From contig CM120647.1 of NCBI GenBank assembly GCA_051362555.1, forward strand, positions 13,492,651 through 13,556,650: DNA of 64,000 bases, written 5' to 3'. Position 1 is the first letter of the stretch. Each line of letters opens with the position of its first letter. Source of the DNA: Lingula anatina. Taxonomy: Eukaryota; Animalia; Brachiopoda. The position numbers and the translations under genes are program-made. Below the pieces are notes generated by a model. It was given only the letters and a program-made list of their open reading frames with translations, made no database searches and had not been told where the DNA came from. Below, piece by piece: positions 63,585 through 64,000 of this stretch.

Positions 63585-64000
63585 CCACATATATGTGAGG
63601 ATTCGAATCTCACCTATCACTGCCCACAGATGTGTGAGGAATCTTACCTATCACAACCCACAGATGTGTGAGGAATCTCACCTATCATAACCCACAGATA
63701 TGTGAGGAATCTCACCTATAACAACCCACAGATGTGTGAGGAATCTCACCTATAACAACGCACGCATGTGTGAAGAATCTCACGTATCACAACCCACACA
63801 TGTGTGAGGAATCTCACCTATCACAACCCACAGATGTGTGAGGAATCTCACATATCACAACCCACAGATGTGTGAGGAATCTCAACTATCACAACCCACA
63901 GATATGTGAGGAATCTCACCTATCACAACCCACAGATGTGTGAGGAATCTCACCTATAACAATCCACACAGGTGTGAAAAATCTCACCTATCACTACCTT
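63585..64000. repeat. 34-bp minisatellite, about 12 copies, running off the window end
   Basis: Unit ccacagatgtgtgaggaatctcacctatcacaac, containing the hairpin GTGAG-gaat-CTCAC. Confidence 0.95.

Noticed and set aside
63585-64000. CRISPR-like array (34-bp palindromic repeat)
   Set aside because: Units are contiguous with no unique spacers, there are no cas genes, and the context is eukaryotic.

Overview
Eukaryotic, AT-rich, intron-rich animal DNA; the gene families and repeat types suggest a marine invertebrate, probably a mollusc (inference). Manual splicing with phase checks gives nine genes: (1) a 14-exon secreted protein with an 'HFRGG-like/DPDGD..CRW' region plus two TSP1 repeats (5022-12387,+); (2-5) four tandem 5-exon retinol-binding-protein/purpurin-type lipocalins (+,-,-,+; 18.7-34.8 kb) with Trp/Arg-rich N-terminal extensions and reshuffled cysteines; (6) microsomal epoxide hydrolase EPHX1 (36188-40877,-); (7) a 224-aa uncharacterised protein (47903-49341,+), followed by an orphan paralogous exon; (8) a 99-aa, 10-cysteine secreted peptide (53444-55693,+), of which the ORF track shows only exon 1; (9) a single-coding-exon LRR transmembrane protein (58089-59276,-). 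Intergenic and intronic DNA holds many DNA-transposon relics: a fold-back Tc1 built from two transposase 3' ends, a decayed full-length Tc1, a 4-kb TTAA-flanked element in EPHX1 intron 1, Harbinger-, Academ- and hAT-like MITEs, Helentron-like minisatellites and a 34-bp minisatellite. Most ORFs in the supplied track are spurious or single exons. No database searches were run, so family names rest on recognised motifs.
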